Shown here one piece after another: positions 11,361 to 23,165 of a stretch of 64,000 nucleotides of DNA. Location of the stretch: contig NC_057719.1 of the NCBI RefSeq assembly GCF_004010195.1, positions 17,980,476 through 18,044,475 of the forward strand, written 5' to 3'. The notes below the pieces were generated by a model that saw nothing but the letters and a program-made list of their open reading frames with translations, ran no database searches and had not been told where the DNA came from. The stretch comes from Chiloscyllium plagiosum (Eukaryota). The translations under genes were made by a program, and so were the position numbers. Every line of letters begins with the position of its first letter. Positions within the stretch are counted from its first letter, which is position 1.

Positions 11361-13334
11361 GCATGTAGCGCTATGTTTGATTTGTATTTTAATATTGTAT
11401 ATGTTAAGAAGAGAAGACATTGTTTCATTTTCAACTTCTGTGAATGGTTGTCTGAAAAGTCTGAAAACATGCATTTAAGCAAGTTTTTTGAAAAAATATA
11501 TCCCTTGAGTTACATAGTTCAGCATAATAAAAAACATTGTGGGGAGAGGGGAGAATAAAAATTGAACTGCTGCCTTGCAACAAGATATTCTATAAGATAG
11601 GGATAGGCAGTGACAGATAGACAGATTCACACAAACAGTGAAAAATTCTATCAGAAATACAGAACTATCCAGAAGGTCAGTGAGTGTGCATCTTTCTTTC
11701 AGAGAACAGAAGGTCACTCAGAGAGAGAAAAGGTCTGCAGCATTAGCAGTACAAGACAGTCAGTGCAGAAAGTAAAGTACTGAGTAGCTTAAAAGTTCGT
11801 AAGAGAAACGGAAGGATTTGAGGTGTCATAAAGAAAAATAGCCTGCAAGGTTGTTGAATGCTTGAATTTAAGCAACCAACATTAAGGAGCTATGTTGGCA
11901 GTTTGTTTAAAGGTCCCATGAGAAAACATTATAGAATCATACAATTTTACAGCACAGAAAGAGACCATTTGACCCATTATATCTGTACTGGCTCCCAAAA
12001 TAGCTACCTCCAGCACCTGCAGTTGTCACTTTCACTTCTGTCAATTTCCAGACTAATATTTGGGCATAAAGGCATTTGAAGCAATATTTATGAGCATCAC
12101 AGGTTCTTAAAGCTATGTTTTGAATGAGGGGATCGGGTTTAGAAATCCAAGTGGGTCTATTTTTGACAATCTTAGCTACATAGTGTTATCAACAGGATTT
12201 GAAAGTGGGACACATGAGGAGCCAAAGATTTAGATCCTCAAATAGTACTTGGATCCAGGCCCACACAGGCAAGTGATGCAACTTCCAAATACAAGATTAT
12301 GAGCTCTCGTGGAGGAATGAGGTGGTGGGTGGGGGAAGGGGGGGATTTGGGGATGGGGTCTAATCTGAGATTGAGATCTGATGGGATATCAAGCGCCACC
12401 ATTGCAGACACATGGAGGCCGGATCTGCTGTCAGAGCTATCTCGGTCAGTGTTGGGGCTGAAGGGAGATGATGGGTCTATTAAGGCCAGGACCAAGAGTT
12501 CAGGAATGGCAGCAATGCAGATTATGAGAGCACTTAGCTTATATTACTCATGTTTTTTTCACAAAATTATTTCTGAGGCTATCAATGCAATGGCTCAGGG
12601 CAAGTCAAGGCAGCTGGGACCAGAAACAATGGTAGCCAATTGGCTAATGTTGGTAATGGATGCCACTTGCCTGTCCTTTACTATGATGGCATCTGGCAGG
12701 ATTCATTGTCGAAGTGTATGCCCTTGCATCAGACACAACATAGTCCTGAAATTGCTTCCACTGTACAATGATGGACAATGCTAATCTCAATTACATGCCC
12801 ACAGCCTTGAATGAATATAATTTTTTTTTAGAAATGAATTACATAAATGAACCGCTGCACATATTTTAATGATTCATTATTATACTTATGAAAAGGGCAA
12901 GAGAAAAAACCTTCAAATGCTCTGCTTATTCTATTATGTATCATGGATTTAAAATACTGTCAAATGAGGTGCTTTTTACAGTAAAATAATTTTCCTGTTA
13001 GTCACAGAAAGGCCGTTTAGTGTGGATTTATTCTCACTGTGAAGACTTTACATTGCCAAATCATTACATGAAATAGTAAGCGATTAGCATGAAAATTAAT
13101 TCATATTTAGAGTTAAGCATTTTCAATGGATAGTATGGCCTGCATGCCTATATATTTTCTTCCACTCAGTTCTTCCACTTCTTTTCCAGAAAATTATGAC
13201 TTTGAGCTGGAAGTTGGTTCCTCAGACATCAAATATTCTTTAATATTAGCCTCATGATCTAAAGACAGTTATGACTGATGTCATCTCTGCATTCTGTTCA
13301 TATCCCCTGACATAAGTACATAAAAAAACTTTAG

Positions 13335-13635
13335 CAATGTGACATTGCTGACTGGGTCAGCATTTATGGTCCATCTCTCGTTGCCCTTGAGAAGATGATG
13401 ATGAACTGCCTTCTTGAGATGCTGCAGTCCATCGAGTGTGACTATGCCCATGTTGTTCGAGAGGGTGTTCCAGGATTTTCACTCAGCGACAGCGAAGGAC
13501 TGGTGATACATTTCCAAGTTGGGATGGTGAGTGGCTTGGAGGGGGACTGGCAGCTGATGTTGTTGTGGCCCTGTACTTCAAGATGGAAGTAGTCATAGGT
13601 TTGGATGGGCTTGCTGTTTAAGGAGCCTTGGTGCA
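13335..13635 (-). mobile_element. 3' end of CR1/L2-group LINE
   Basis: GCATTTATGGTCCATC..TTGCCCTTGAGAAGATGATGATGAACTGCCTTCTTGA; homologous to 34455-34875. Confidence 0.85.
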
Positions 13636-15142
13636 GGGTTCATTACCTTCCTGCAGGAATCACTGGAATCCCCAAGGTTGAAAAGCATAGATTACATTCG
13701 CACTAGCGTCTCAACCTTTGGGAGGAAGGGCTGAGGCCAATGTTAACAGCAGCTCCCCTACCAGACCAGGGATTGAATGTGGGGTGAATGGCATGAGTCG
13801 GGGAAGAAATTAGTTGGTTTTGAGCTATTTGAATGGACATCTTTTTACACAAAAGACAGAAAGTCGAATACAGTGTAAAATCGTGTGGCAATGTGAGCTA
13901 CAACTGTGTACACATGATGAAATATGCTTATTATGTATTAATAAATGCATGAATGAGTATGTAGATGTGTATGGAGAAGGACATTGAAGCAATAAACGTA
14001 GTGCAGAATAATGCTCAAAATGGCTGCCGGATTAGCCGACATAGATCATACCTGCTATCACTTCAAAAGAGATTTGTTGTGTTTATGAATACGATTGAAA
14101 CAGTTCAGAGAGACATGATCAAACACTGTATCACTGAAGGCCTGTCATTTTTATTAATGACACATCAGAGCCCAAAATCTGCCCCAAGATTGATTGCCAA
14201 ATAAGTGTCTCCCGCAATTCCGCACACAATAAGTTCATAAATCTAAACATGCCTCTGAGGGGAGATACTGAGTTTGAGTTTGGGCATTTTGCCATTGGGA
14301 GGATTGGAAAGTCAGAGTGATCGTCACTTCGGGCCATGCTTGTGCAGTCAGCCATAAAGAAGCGTGGGAGGAGATCATCTAAGAGTATTACCTCCACCCT
14401 GTCCAGTCAGACAGGGACACTTAAATTTCAGGAGGCTTTAAAAGAAGACTGAGTGAAGATGGAACAAAAACACAAGACAAAAGGAAGGCACAAATTCCTG
14501 GCTACTCATATCATTTATGTAACACTTAGTAAAATGACCTGGAATAACCCAGATTGCTTCTACACTGAATGGCATTTTAATGAGGTCATTCAACAGCCTT
14601 GGTAGGACGACTGCAGAGGAAGCAGTCAAACATTGGCTAGTTTAACACATTCATTTGTACCAGACGGTGTGACAATTCTCAGTAATCAGGAAGGATACAA
14701 GCAAGAACAACGTGGTGACTCACCCCATTTAAAATTTATTTACAATCTGATCTTGATGAGGCAGTGAGGAGGAGGCAATGAGCAAAGCCAAGTGTCATTG
14801 CCCCAAGGGAGGGAGGGAGAACAGAGGGTGAGTCAGACTGTAGCACCTTGGCATTGCATGTAGCTGCAAGATAGAAAACAGAGGCAAAAGTCTGGAATTA
14901 GTTTCCCAGTACATCCAGTTAGTTGCTAAGATATTTGCCAGGCAGAGGAGGCTGTGAAGGTCTTTTGAGGAGAAAATGAAAAGCAATAATTCATTCATCA
15001 TGTTTGTCACATCTTGTTCATTCAGTGGAAAGAGAAAACAAAGTCAGACCTTGAATAAATTGGATCAGATTTGAATATTCAAGATAAAGAACCAAGGCCA
15101 ATGATGGAGGTACATCAAGAGGGAGTGATTAGACAGGAACAC

Positions 15143-15245
15143 TGCCCGAAACATTGATTCTCCTGCTCCTCAGATGCTGCCTGACCTGCTGTGCTTTTCC
15201 AGCTCCCCACTCTTGACTCTGATTTCCAGTATCTCACTTTCTCCT
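15143..15245 (+). mobile_element. PLE terminal repeat, 5'-truncated inside hammerhead helix II
   Basis: Starts TGCCCGAAACATTGATTCTCCTGCTCCTCAGATGCTGCC. Confidence 0.85.
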
Positions 15246-15269
15246 AGAAGCACTGTTTAAGTCTTTCAA

Positions 15270-15512
15270 AGCGCTCAGAAAGCTAGTGCTTCTAAATAAA
15301 CCTGTTGGACTTTAAGCTAGTGCTGTGCGATTTTTAACTTCATGAAAGTGAGGACTGCAGATGTTGGAGATCAGAGTCGAGAGTGTGGTGCTGAAAAAGC
15401 ACAGCAGGTCAGGCAGCTCCGAGGAGCAGGAGAATCAACGTTTTGGGCAAAAGCCCTGCATCTGGAATTTTTAACTTTGTCCACCTCAGTCCAACACCGG
15501 CTCCTCCACATA
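15270..15512 (+). mobile_element. Second PLE terminal-repeat family (AGCT-type hammerhead), split by insertion 15341-15466
   Basis: AGCGCTCAGAAAGCTAGTGCTTCTAAATAAACCTGTTGGAC..TTTTTAACTTTGTCCACCTCAGTCCAACACCGG; homologous to 55066-55185. Confidence 0.8.
15341..15466 (-). mobile_element. PLE terminal repeat (ACGT-type), 11-bp TSD
   Basis: ATTTTTAACTT at 15330-15340 and 15467-15477. Confidence 0.9.
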
Positions 15513-15514
15513 AG

Positions 15515-16075
15515 ACTGCTTCAGCAGCATCTTCCAAACTCATAGCCCCTACAGAATAGAAGGACAAGGACAGCAGATGAATGGGAATACTACCACCCTT
15601 AGTGTGGTGGTGAGTCCTTTTGGGTGGCACCATGGCTCACTGGTTAGCACAGCTGCCTCACAGGAGCAGGGACTTGGGTTTGATTCCACACTTAGATGAC
15701 AGTCTGTGTGGAGTCTGTGTATTGTTCCCGTGTCTGCGTGGGTTCCGTCCGTGTGCTCCAATTTCCTCCCACAGTCTGAAGCTGTGCAGGCTCGGTTGAC
15801 TGGTCATGTCGAATTGTCCATAGTGTCCAGGGATGTGTAGGTTAGGTTGGTTAGCCATGGGAAATGCAGGGTTAGAGGGTTAGTGTGGGTCTGGGTGGGA
15901 TGCTTTTCAGAAGGTTGGTGTGGACTCAATGGGCCAAATGACCTGCTTCCATACTGTAGGGATTCTATGATTCTTTATGTTTCCTTCCAAGTCACTCACC
16001 ATCCTGACTTGAAACAATATCACTGTTACTTCACTGTCATTGGCTCAAAATCCTGGAACCCCCTCCCTAATAGTG
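15515..16075 (+). mobile_element. CR1/L2-group LINE 3' fragment split by an HE1 SINE
   Basis: GAAGGACAAGGACAGCAGAT..ATGGGAATACTACCACC (15560-15600) continues as TTCCAAGTCACTCACCATCCTGACTTGAAAC (15985+). Confidence 0.75.
15621..15972 (+). mobile_element. HE1-type V-SINE
   Basis: tRNA head TGGCTCACTGGTTAGCAC..GGTTTGATTCC; V domain GTCTGTGTGGAG..CCCGTGTCTGCGTGGGTT; CR1-like tail. Confidence 0.9.
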
Positions 16076-16077
16076 TT

Positions 16078-17585
16078 CATAGGCTCATAGAGGTTAACAG
16101 CACAGCGGATGTCATTCAGCCCATTGTGTCTGTACCAGTCAACAAAATTCTGACTACTCTAAGCTCTTGTCCCAAAGCCAGTGGAGGCTACTGCAATGCA
16201 AGTGAATATGTCAATACTCTTTAAACACTTTTTGACTCATCCATTCTTTTTGGCATTGAGTTCCAGGCTCCCACCACGCTCTGGCTGAAAGATTTCTTCT
16301 GTTCGCCTTCTATCTCCTATCTTATATCTATTCTCTCTATTTTTGACCAAGACTATGTCAATAAAAACAAAACTACCTTCCTATCCACCGTATCTAAGCA
16401 TGTCATAACCTCATATGCATCCAGCAGGTTCTCTCTCAACATTTGCTGTTCCCAGGAAAAATAACTTCAACCTATTCAAAATAAAACAAAGAACTGAGAA
16501 TGCTGGAAATCAGAGATAAAATCGGAAATTGCTGGAAAAACTCAGCAGGTCTGGCAGCATCTGTGGAGAGAAAGCAGAGTTAACGTTTTGGGTCGAGTGA
16601 CCCTTCTTCAGAATGGCCCATTGGTTTGATCTTTGCTCATAACTCAAACCCTCCAGCCAAGGCACCATCCTGGTAAATCTGCGCCATAGCCTCTCCAATG
16701 TAATCGCTTGCTTTCCGGAATGTTTTGATCAGGACTGCGCCATGATTTAACTTCCCAAGTTGGCATGTTATTCCAGATTGTGCTCGGAAACAGTGATTTT
16801 TATTTTGCAAAAGGAGAGTCATAGTTTTGTTCTTGATTATTGGATTGAATTTTAAGTTTTTTGTCCTGCAGCTCCATTTATTTGATGAAATCATTTTTTT
16901 TAGATACTGTCAGTTCACAGTACTTCAGTTGTAAACTAACCAGCATTTTATACAGTTCTAGCATAACTTCCTTGCTCTTGTATGGCTCAGCTAATAAAGG
17001 CATATATTCCAGAAAACATCTGAAGCACCTTATCTACATGCCCTGCTATCTTCAGGGATCAGTAGATTTGCAGAACATAATCCCTCTGATCTTCAATATT
17101 TTTCTGTGTCCTACTATTTCAAATGTATTCCCTTGCCTTATTAGTCTTCCCCAAGTTTATTATCTCACACTTTTCTGGGTTGAATTTCATTGCCACTGTT
17201 CTGCCAACTGACCTGTCTGTTGATTCCCTCCTGCAGTTTACATTGACCCTCCTCATGCGCAAACCTCGTGATCAGACCCCTTCCATTGGTTTAAATCATC
17301 AATACACACTACAAACAGCAAGTATCGAGTCCTGTGAAACCATAATGGAAAAGTCACAGAAACATTTTGCTGCTTCCTGCCTCTTGGCTAACTTTGCCTG
17401 AGATCCTATGGGCATGTACTTTTTGACCAAGCTGCTATGAGGGACATTATCAAAAGCTTGCTAAAGACAACGGAGATCACATCAAAAACATTACTCACAT
17501 CAACAGTCCTGATGACCTTCTTAAAATATTTGATTAAGTTTGCCAAACACGACCTTCCCTTAACAAATCCATGTTACACATATCA
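16078..17585 (-). mobile_element. Decayed CR1 LINE
   Basis: 3'UTR CATAG..CAGCACAG..CATTCAGCCCA; rc ERLWRRFTRMVPWLEGLSYE; AAGTTTGCCAAACACGACCTTCCCTTAACAAATCCATG (HGFVKGRSCLANL rc). Confidence 0.8.
16478..16614 (-). mobile_element. PLE terminal repeat with hammerhead (G12>A)
   Basis: rc ATT-CTGAAGA-A-GGGTC ACTC GACCC-AAAAC-GTT-AACT. Confidence 0.85.
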
Positions 17586-17589
17586 AATC

Positions 17590-19055
17590 ATCCCTTCACC
17601 CAGTTCAATTCACTCCATGTGATGTCAAGAAATGGTTGGAGTCACTGGATATAGCAAAGGCCATTGGTCCTGACAACATTCTGGCAATAGTACTGAAGTC
17701 TTCTACTCCAGAACTTGCTATTCCCATAGCCAGGTTCTTCCAGTGGAGTTACAACACTGGCATCTATCTGACAGTGTGGAATATTTCCCAGGTCTGCCCA
17801 ATACGCTATCAGCAGGACAAATCCAACCCAGCCAATTACCGCTCCAGCTGTCTACTGTCGATCATCAGTAAAATGATGGAAGGATCAACAATGTGATCAA
17901 CAGAGCTATCAAGCTGCACCTGCTCAGCAATAACCCACTCAGTGATGCCCAGTTTGAGCTCCCTCAAGGGCCACTCTGCTTCTGACCTCATTACAGCCTT
18001 GGTTCAAACACGGACAAATGAGCTAAATTCCAGAGGTGAGGTGAGAGTGACAGCCCTTGACGTCAACGTCACATTGAATGAGTGTGGCATCATGGAGCCC
18101 TAGCGAAACTGGAATCAATGGGTATCAGGGTGCAAACTCTCCACTGGCTAGAGTCATAACTGGCATATAGGAAGATGGTTGTGGTTTTTGGAGGTCAGTC
18201 ATCTCAGCGACAGGACAGCCCTGCAAGTGTTCATCAGGGTAATTTCCTCCATCATAAAGTCAGAAGTGGGGAAGTTCACCTATGATTGCACAATGTTCAA
18301 CTTTATTCAAGACTTTTCAAATACTGAAGCAGTCCATGTTCAAATGCAACAAGATCTGGACTTGGGCTGACAAGTGAAAAATACTAAGAACCTCCAATAG
18401 AAGACAATCTAACCACCGCCACTTGACATTCAAGGTGTTACCATCACTGAATCCTCCACTATCTGGGAGTTATCATTTACTAGAAACTCAACTGGACTTG
18501 TCACACAAACGCTGTGGCTACAAGAGCAGGTTAGAGGGTCTTGTAGCCAGTAACTCACCTGCTGACTCCCCAAAGCCTGTCCACCATCTACAAGGCACAA
18601 GTCAGGAATGTGATGCAATACTCCCCACTTGCCTGGATGGATACAGATCCATCGACACTCAAGAAGCTTGACACGATACGGGACAAAACAATCCACTTGA
18701 TTGGCACCACATCCACAAACTTGGACTCCCTCCACTATTAATGCTCAGTAGCAATGGTGTGTACTGTGTATAAGATGCACTGCAGAAATTCGCCAAAGAT
18801 CCTTAGACAACACCTTCCAAATCCACGACCATTCACAATGACAGCAGATACACAGGAACACCACCACCTGCAAGTTCCCCTCCAAATCACTAACCGCCAC
18901 GACTTGGAAATATGTCGCCGTTCCTCATTGTCACTGGGTCAAAATCCTGGAATTCCCTCTCTAAGGGCATTGTGGATCAACCTACAGCACGTGGACTTCA
19001 ACAGTTCATGAAAGCAGAGCCAGCAATGCGGACATCCTACAATTCATAGAAAAAT
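17590..19055 (+). mobile_element. CR1/L2-group LINE, RT domain to 3' end, frameshifted
   Basis: AKAIGPDNILAIVLK..PELAIPIARFFQWSYNTGIY..W..QVCP..DKSNPANYR..LLSIISKMMEG; downstream RT remnants with stops. Confidence 0.9.
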
Positions 19056-19550
19056 GTAATCCATGTCTCTTCAAATGTTTGAACCAAGGCTGTCTTGGAG
19101 ATGTTCTGTCCCTCAGAATTATTCCCAATAACTTTCTATTATTGTGTTTTAGATTAGTGGGCATGCAATTACCTAGTGTTTCCCAAACTCACTTTTTGAA
19201 TATTGGGACAATGTTAGCAGTCCTCTAATTCTCTGCTAAGTTATCGGGTATTGAACTTTCCATTACGACAGCATCTGTTACTTCACAAGCTTAAATGGAA
19301 GAGTAAGAAAAATGACCAAAGTAATTAAATAATTTGTTAAAATTTATTTGTGGGAGGTGGCAGTGCTGGTAAGTCTTTTCTTTATTTCCTTTGCCTTGTT
19401 GCCCTGAAAAGATGGCACTGTGCCTTGTCTTAGATTTGCAGTAGATCCTGAAGCAATTATATGCATTGCCATGACATTAGTTGGGGAATTACAGCACTTT
19501 GGCAAGGCAAACCAAATATCAGCAGGTCAGGCAGCATCCAAGGAGCAGGA

Positions 19551-19587
19551 GAATCGACGTTTCGGGCATAAGCCCTTCTTCAGGAAT
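19551..19587 (-). ncRNA. Minimal type-I hammerhead ribozyme motif, intact core
   Basis: rc UUC-CUGAAGA-A-GGGC UUAU GCCC-GAAAC-GUC-GAUUC. Confidence 0.8.
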
Positions 19588-19656
19588 GAGGAGGGTGTGC
19601 CAAGCAGGCTAAGATAAAAGGTAAGGAGGAGGGACTTGGGGGAGGGGCGTTGGGAA

Positions 19657-20498
19657 NNNNNNNNNNNNNNNNNNNNNNNNNNNNNNNNNNNNNNNNNNNN
19701 NNNNNNNNNNNNNNNNNNNNNNNNNNNNNNNNNNNNNNNNNNNNNNNNNNNNNNNNNNNNNNNNNNNNNNNNNNNNNNNNNNNNNNNNNNNNNNNNNNNN
19801 NNNNNNNNNNNNNNNNNNNNNNNNNNNNNNNNNNNNNNNNNNNNNNNNNNNNNNNNNNNNNNNNNNNNNNNNNNNNNNNNNNNNNNNNNNNNNNNNNNNN
19901 NNNNNNNNNNNNNNNNNNNNNNNNNNNNNNNNNNNNNNNNNNNNNNNNNNNNNNNNNNNNNNNNNNNNNNNNNNNNNNNNNNNNNNNNNNNNNNNNNNNN
20001 NNNNNNNNNNNNNNNNNNNNNNNNNNNNNNNNNNNNNNNNNNNNNNNNNNNNNNNNNNNNNNNNNNNNNNNNNNNNNNNNNNNNNNNNNNNNNNNNNNNN
20101 NNNNNNNNNNNNNNNNNNNNNNNNNNNNNNNNNNNNNNNNNNNNNNNNNNNNNNNNNNNNNNNNNNNNNNNNNNNNNNNNNNNNNNNNNNNNNNNNNNNN
20201 NNNNNNNNNNNNNNNNNNNNNNNNNNNNNNNNNNNNNNNNNNNNNNNNNNNNNNNNNNNNNNNNNNNNNNNNNNNNNNNNNNNNNNNNNNNNNNNNNNNN
20301 NNNNNNNNNNNNNNNNNNNNNNNNNNNNNNNNNNNNNNNNNNNNNNNNNNNNNNNNNNNNNNNNNNNNNNNNNNNNNNNNNNNNNNNNNNNNNNNNNNNN
20401 NNNNNNNNNNNNNNNNNNNNNNNNNNNNNNNNNNNNNNNNNNNNNNNNNNNNNNNNNNNNNNNNNNNNNNNNNNNNNNNNNNNNNNNNNNNNNNNNNN
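19657..20498. other. Assembly gap (842 N) inside the PLE
   Basis: Run of N; position corresponds to RT C-terminus and GIY-YIG domain. Confidence 1.
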
Positions 20499-21790
20499 GG
20501 AGGTATAATCTAGGTAGCTGTGGGAGTCAGTCGGTTTATAGTAAATGTCCGTGTTGAGTCGGTTGCCCGAGATAGAAATGGAGAGGTCTAGGAAGGGGAG
20601 GGAGGAGTCTGAGACGGTCCAGGTAAATTTGAGGTCGGGGTGGAAGGTGTTAGTAAAGTGGATGAACTGTTCAATCTCCTCGTGGGAGCATGAGGTAGCG
20701 CCAATACAGTCATCGATGTAGCGGAGGAAAAGGTGGGTGGTGGTGCCAGTGTAGCTGCGGAAGATGGACTGTTCCACATATCTGACGAAGAGGCAGGCAT
20801 AGCTGGGGCCCATGCGGGTGCCCATGGCCATGCCTTTGATTTGGAGGAAGTGGGAGGATTGGAAGGAGAAGTTGTTAAGAGTGAGGACCAGTTCAGTCAG
20901 TCGAAGGAGGGTGTCAGTGGAAGGTTACTGGTTGGGTCTGCGGGAGATGAAGAAGCGGAGGGCTTTGAGGCTTTTGTGATGGGGCATGGAGGTGTATAGG
21001 GACTGGATGTCCAGCATGAAGATAAGGTATTGGGGGCCGGGGAAGCGAAAATCATGGAGGAGGTGGAGGGCGTGGGTGGTGTCCCAAACGTAGGTGGGGA
21101 GTTCTTGGACCGTGTCGAGATATGCAGAGATGGGTTTGGTGGGGCAGGCTGAGACAATGGGTCGGCTGGGGCAGTCAGGTTTGTGGATTTTGGGCAGGAG
21201 GTAGAAACGGGCGGTGCGGGGTTGTGGGACTATGAGGTTGGAGGCGGTGGATGGGAGATCCCCTGAGGTGATGAGGTTATGAATAGTCTGGTCAAGGGGG
21301 CAGTAGGAGGAGGTGTCCGCGAGCTGATGTTTAGCCTCAGCAATGTAAAGATCGGTGTGCCAAACTACCACCGCGCCTCCCTTGTCTGCCGGTTTGATAA
21401 TGAGGTTGGGGTTGGAGCAGAGGGAGTGGAGGGCTGCACGTTGTGAGGGTGAGAGGTTGGAGTGGGTGAGAGGGGTGGACAGGTTGAGGCGGTTAATGTC
21501 ACGGCGGCAGTTGGCTATGAAGATAACGAGGGCGGGTAAGATGCCACGGGGTGTCCAGGTGGATGGGGTGTGTTGGAGGCGGGAGAAGGGGTCGTCAGAG
21601 GGTGGGCGGGAGTCCTGGTTGAAGAAGTAGGCGCGGAGGCGAAGGCAGCGGAAGAATTGTTCGATGTCTCACCGCGTGTTGAACTTATTAATCCGGGAGT
21701 GTAGAGGGATGAAGGTGAGGCCTCTGCTGAGGACTGATCTTTCATCCTCCGAGAGGGGGAGGTCTGGAGGGATGGTGAAAATACGGCAGG
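20499..21790 (-). pseudogene. PLE reverse transcriptase ORF, disrupted
   Basis: LSEDERSVLSRGLTFIP; IKPADKGGAVVVW; RFYLLPKIHKPDCPSRPIVS; LDIQSLYTSMPH; MAMGTRMGPSYACLF; FLRYIDD; LPFLDL; YYKPTDSHSYL. Split over several ORFs by stops/frameshifts. Confidence 0.92.
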
Positions 21791-21844
21791 GCTGGGAGCT
21801 AGGACCCGGTGTGGGGCTAGAGCTAGGGGTGAGGGCGGGGTTAG

Positions 21845-22070
21845 GCGTGGGGTCGGAGATCAGCGTGGGGTCGGAGATCGACATGGGGGCGGAGATTGGC
21901 ATGGGGCAGAGATCGGCGTGGGGGCGGTGATCGGCGTGGGGGGCGGAGATTGGCGTGGGGCAGAGATCGGCGTGGGGGCGGAGTTGGGTGTCGGGGTAGA
22001 GATCGGTGTGGAGGCGGAGATCGGTGTGGGGGCGGAGATCAGCGTCGGGGCAGAGATTGGCATGGAGGCG
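21845..22070. repeat. 18-bp G-rich tandem repeat (GGGGCGGAGATCGGCGTG)n in the PLE 5' region
   Basis: About 12 visible units; minus-strand translation (SAPTPI)n. Confidence 0.9.
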
Positions 22071-22456
22071 GCGACGCATGCGGCGTGGACGTTGTGCAGG
22101 TGAGTGACTTCACTGAGGGCGGAAGTAGATGCGGCGACGGTAGAAACGGTGTTGTTCCCGGTGGCTGTGGACCCCACGGAGGCCGCGAACCAAATATGAA
22201 CTTGGTACCTCTTGCTATGGGGAAAATCTCAGAGTAGCAAGGCAATGTAATGCAGAGTCAGGATGCTGTGGGTTTGGAAGGTGCTGTCTGAGGATTTTTG
22301 GTGAATTTCTGCAGTGCATCTTGTACACTGCATGCACTGTTGCTTCAGAGTGAGTGAGCACTATGACAGTGAGCAAAGAGACCAAAGATGCAGCCTGGTC
22401 CAGTCCATGATCTAGGTGTATATCTCTGAACGCAGTGTACTTGCAGCAACACTACA

Positions 22457-23092
22457 ATGTTATTTGTTTGTAGCTGCCCAAAGTGCATCCTTCAAGTTGG
22501 TCAGAGAAGTGTTGTGACAGTTCTTAGAAGCTGGTACATGTGTCCTATCAAAGTCTATGGGTGCGGCGTGCATGTAGCCAGTGCCCATGGAGTGTGCTCT
22601 GAGATGTTGTTGCCCAGTGTCCAAGGTGAAGGTCCCTTGGAGTAAGCGATGAGCTAAATTCGCAAGGTGCATACTTTGGTTTTCATATCGGGTTTTCCTG
22701 ATGTCTAGCTGTTTTGGTGCATTTGCTGAAATAGGAAGCTGAATATTTATGAGATGAGTTGGTCCATTAACAAAGGGTTTACAAGCAATAAACCTGCTTA
22801 CATGGCAACTTGCCACAGCCTGGCGAGAAACTCATTGTCAAAAGCCGAAAAGATGATATGAGATGATCCTGACATCAAGATCGATCTTAACAGACTTCTC
22901 ATCTGATTCTGCCATAAATATTTTGTAGTCCACATTGATCAGAGCTCTCTATGACTCTGCCTATGTGCATTAGATTGTGATACTGTAGCAATGTAAGTAG
23001 TTCATGCTGTTAATAAACTTCAAGACATCTGTCTAAACAAGAATGAAATTTATATTACACAGGCTAACTCATAGAAAAACACAAAGTGCGTC
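22457..23092 (+). mobile_element. Possible solo LTR-like repeat
   Basis: TG..CA ends; AATAAACTTCAAGACATCTGTCT..AACAAGAA..AGAAAAACACAAAGT shared with 44925-45010; no clear TSD. Confidence 0.45.
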
Positions 23093-23165
23093 AGGTTAAA
23101 GGTCTTCCATTTTGTTCTGTATCCATTGTATGATCCCATGATTAGATTTGTCCTGTCATCTTTCC

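Larger units (their letters stand above)
19520..22187 (-). mobile_element. Penelope-like element (Neptune-type), large and relatively young copy, spans the gap; candidate 10-bp TSD
   Basis: RT motifs (next feature); 3' terminal repeat with hammerhead at 19520-19600; AACCAAATAT at 19510-19519 and 22188-22197; flanked by two halves of an older minus-strand LINE. Confidence 0.9.

Noticed and set aside
12321..12360. G-quadruplex motif
   Set aside because: Present but isolated in probable old repeat sequence; no functional evidence
19527..20831. Longest ORFs (434, 290, 287 aa)
   Set aside because: Length is due to the N gap; only the 20499-20831 part is real (PLE RT)
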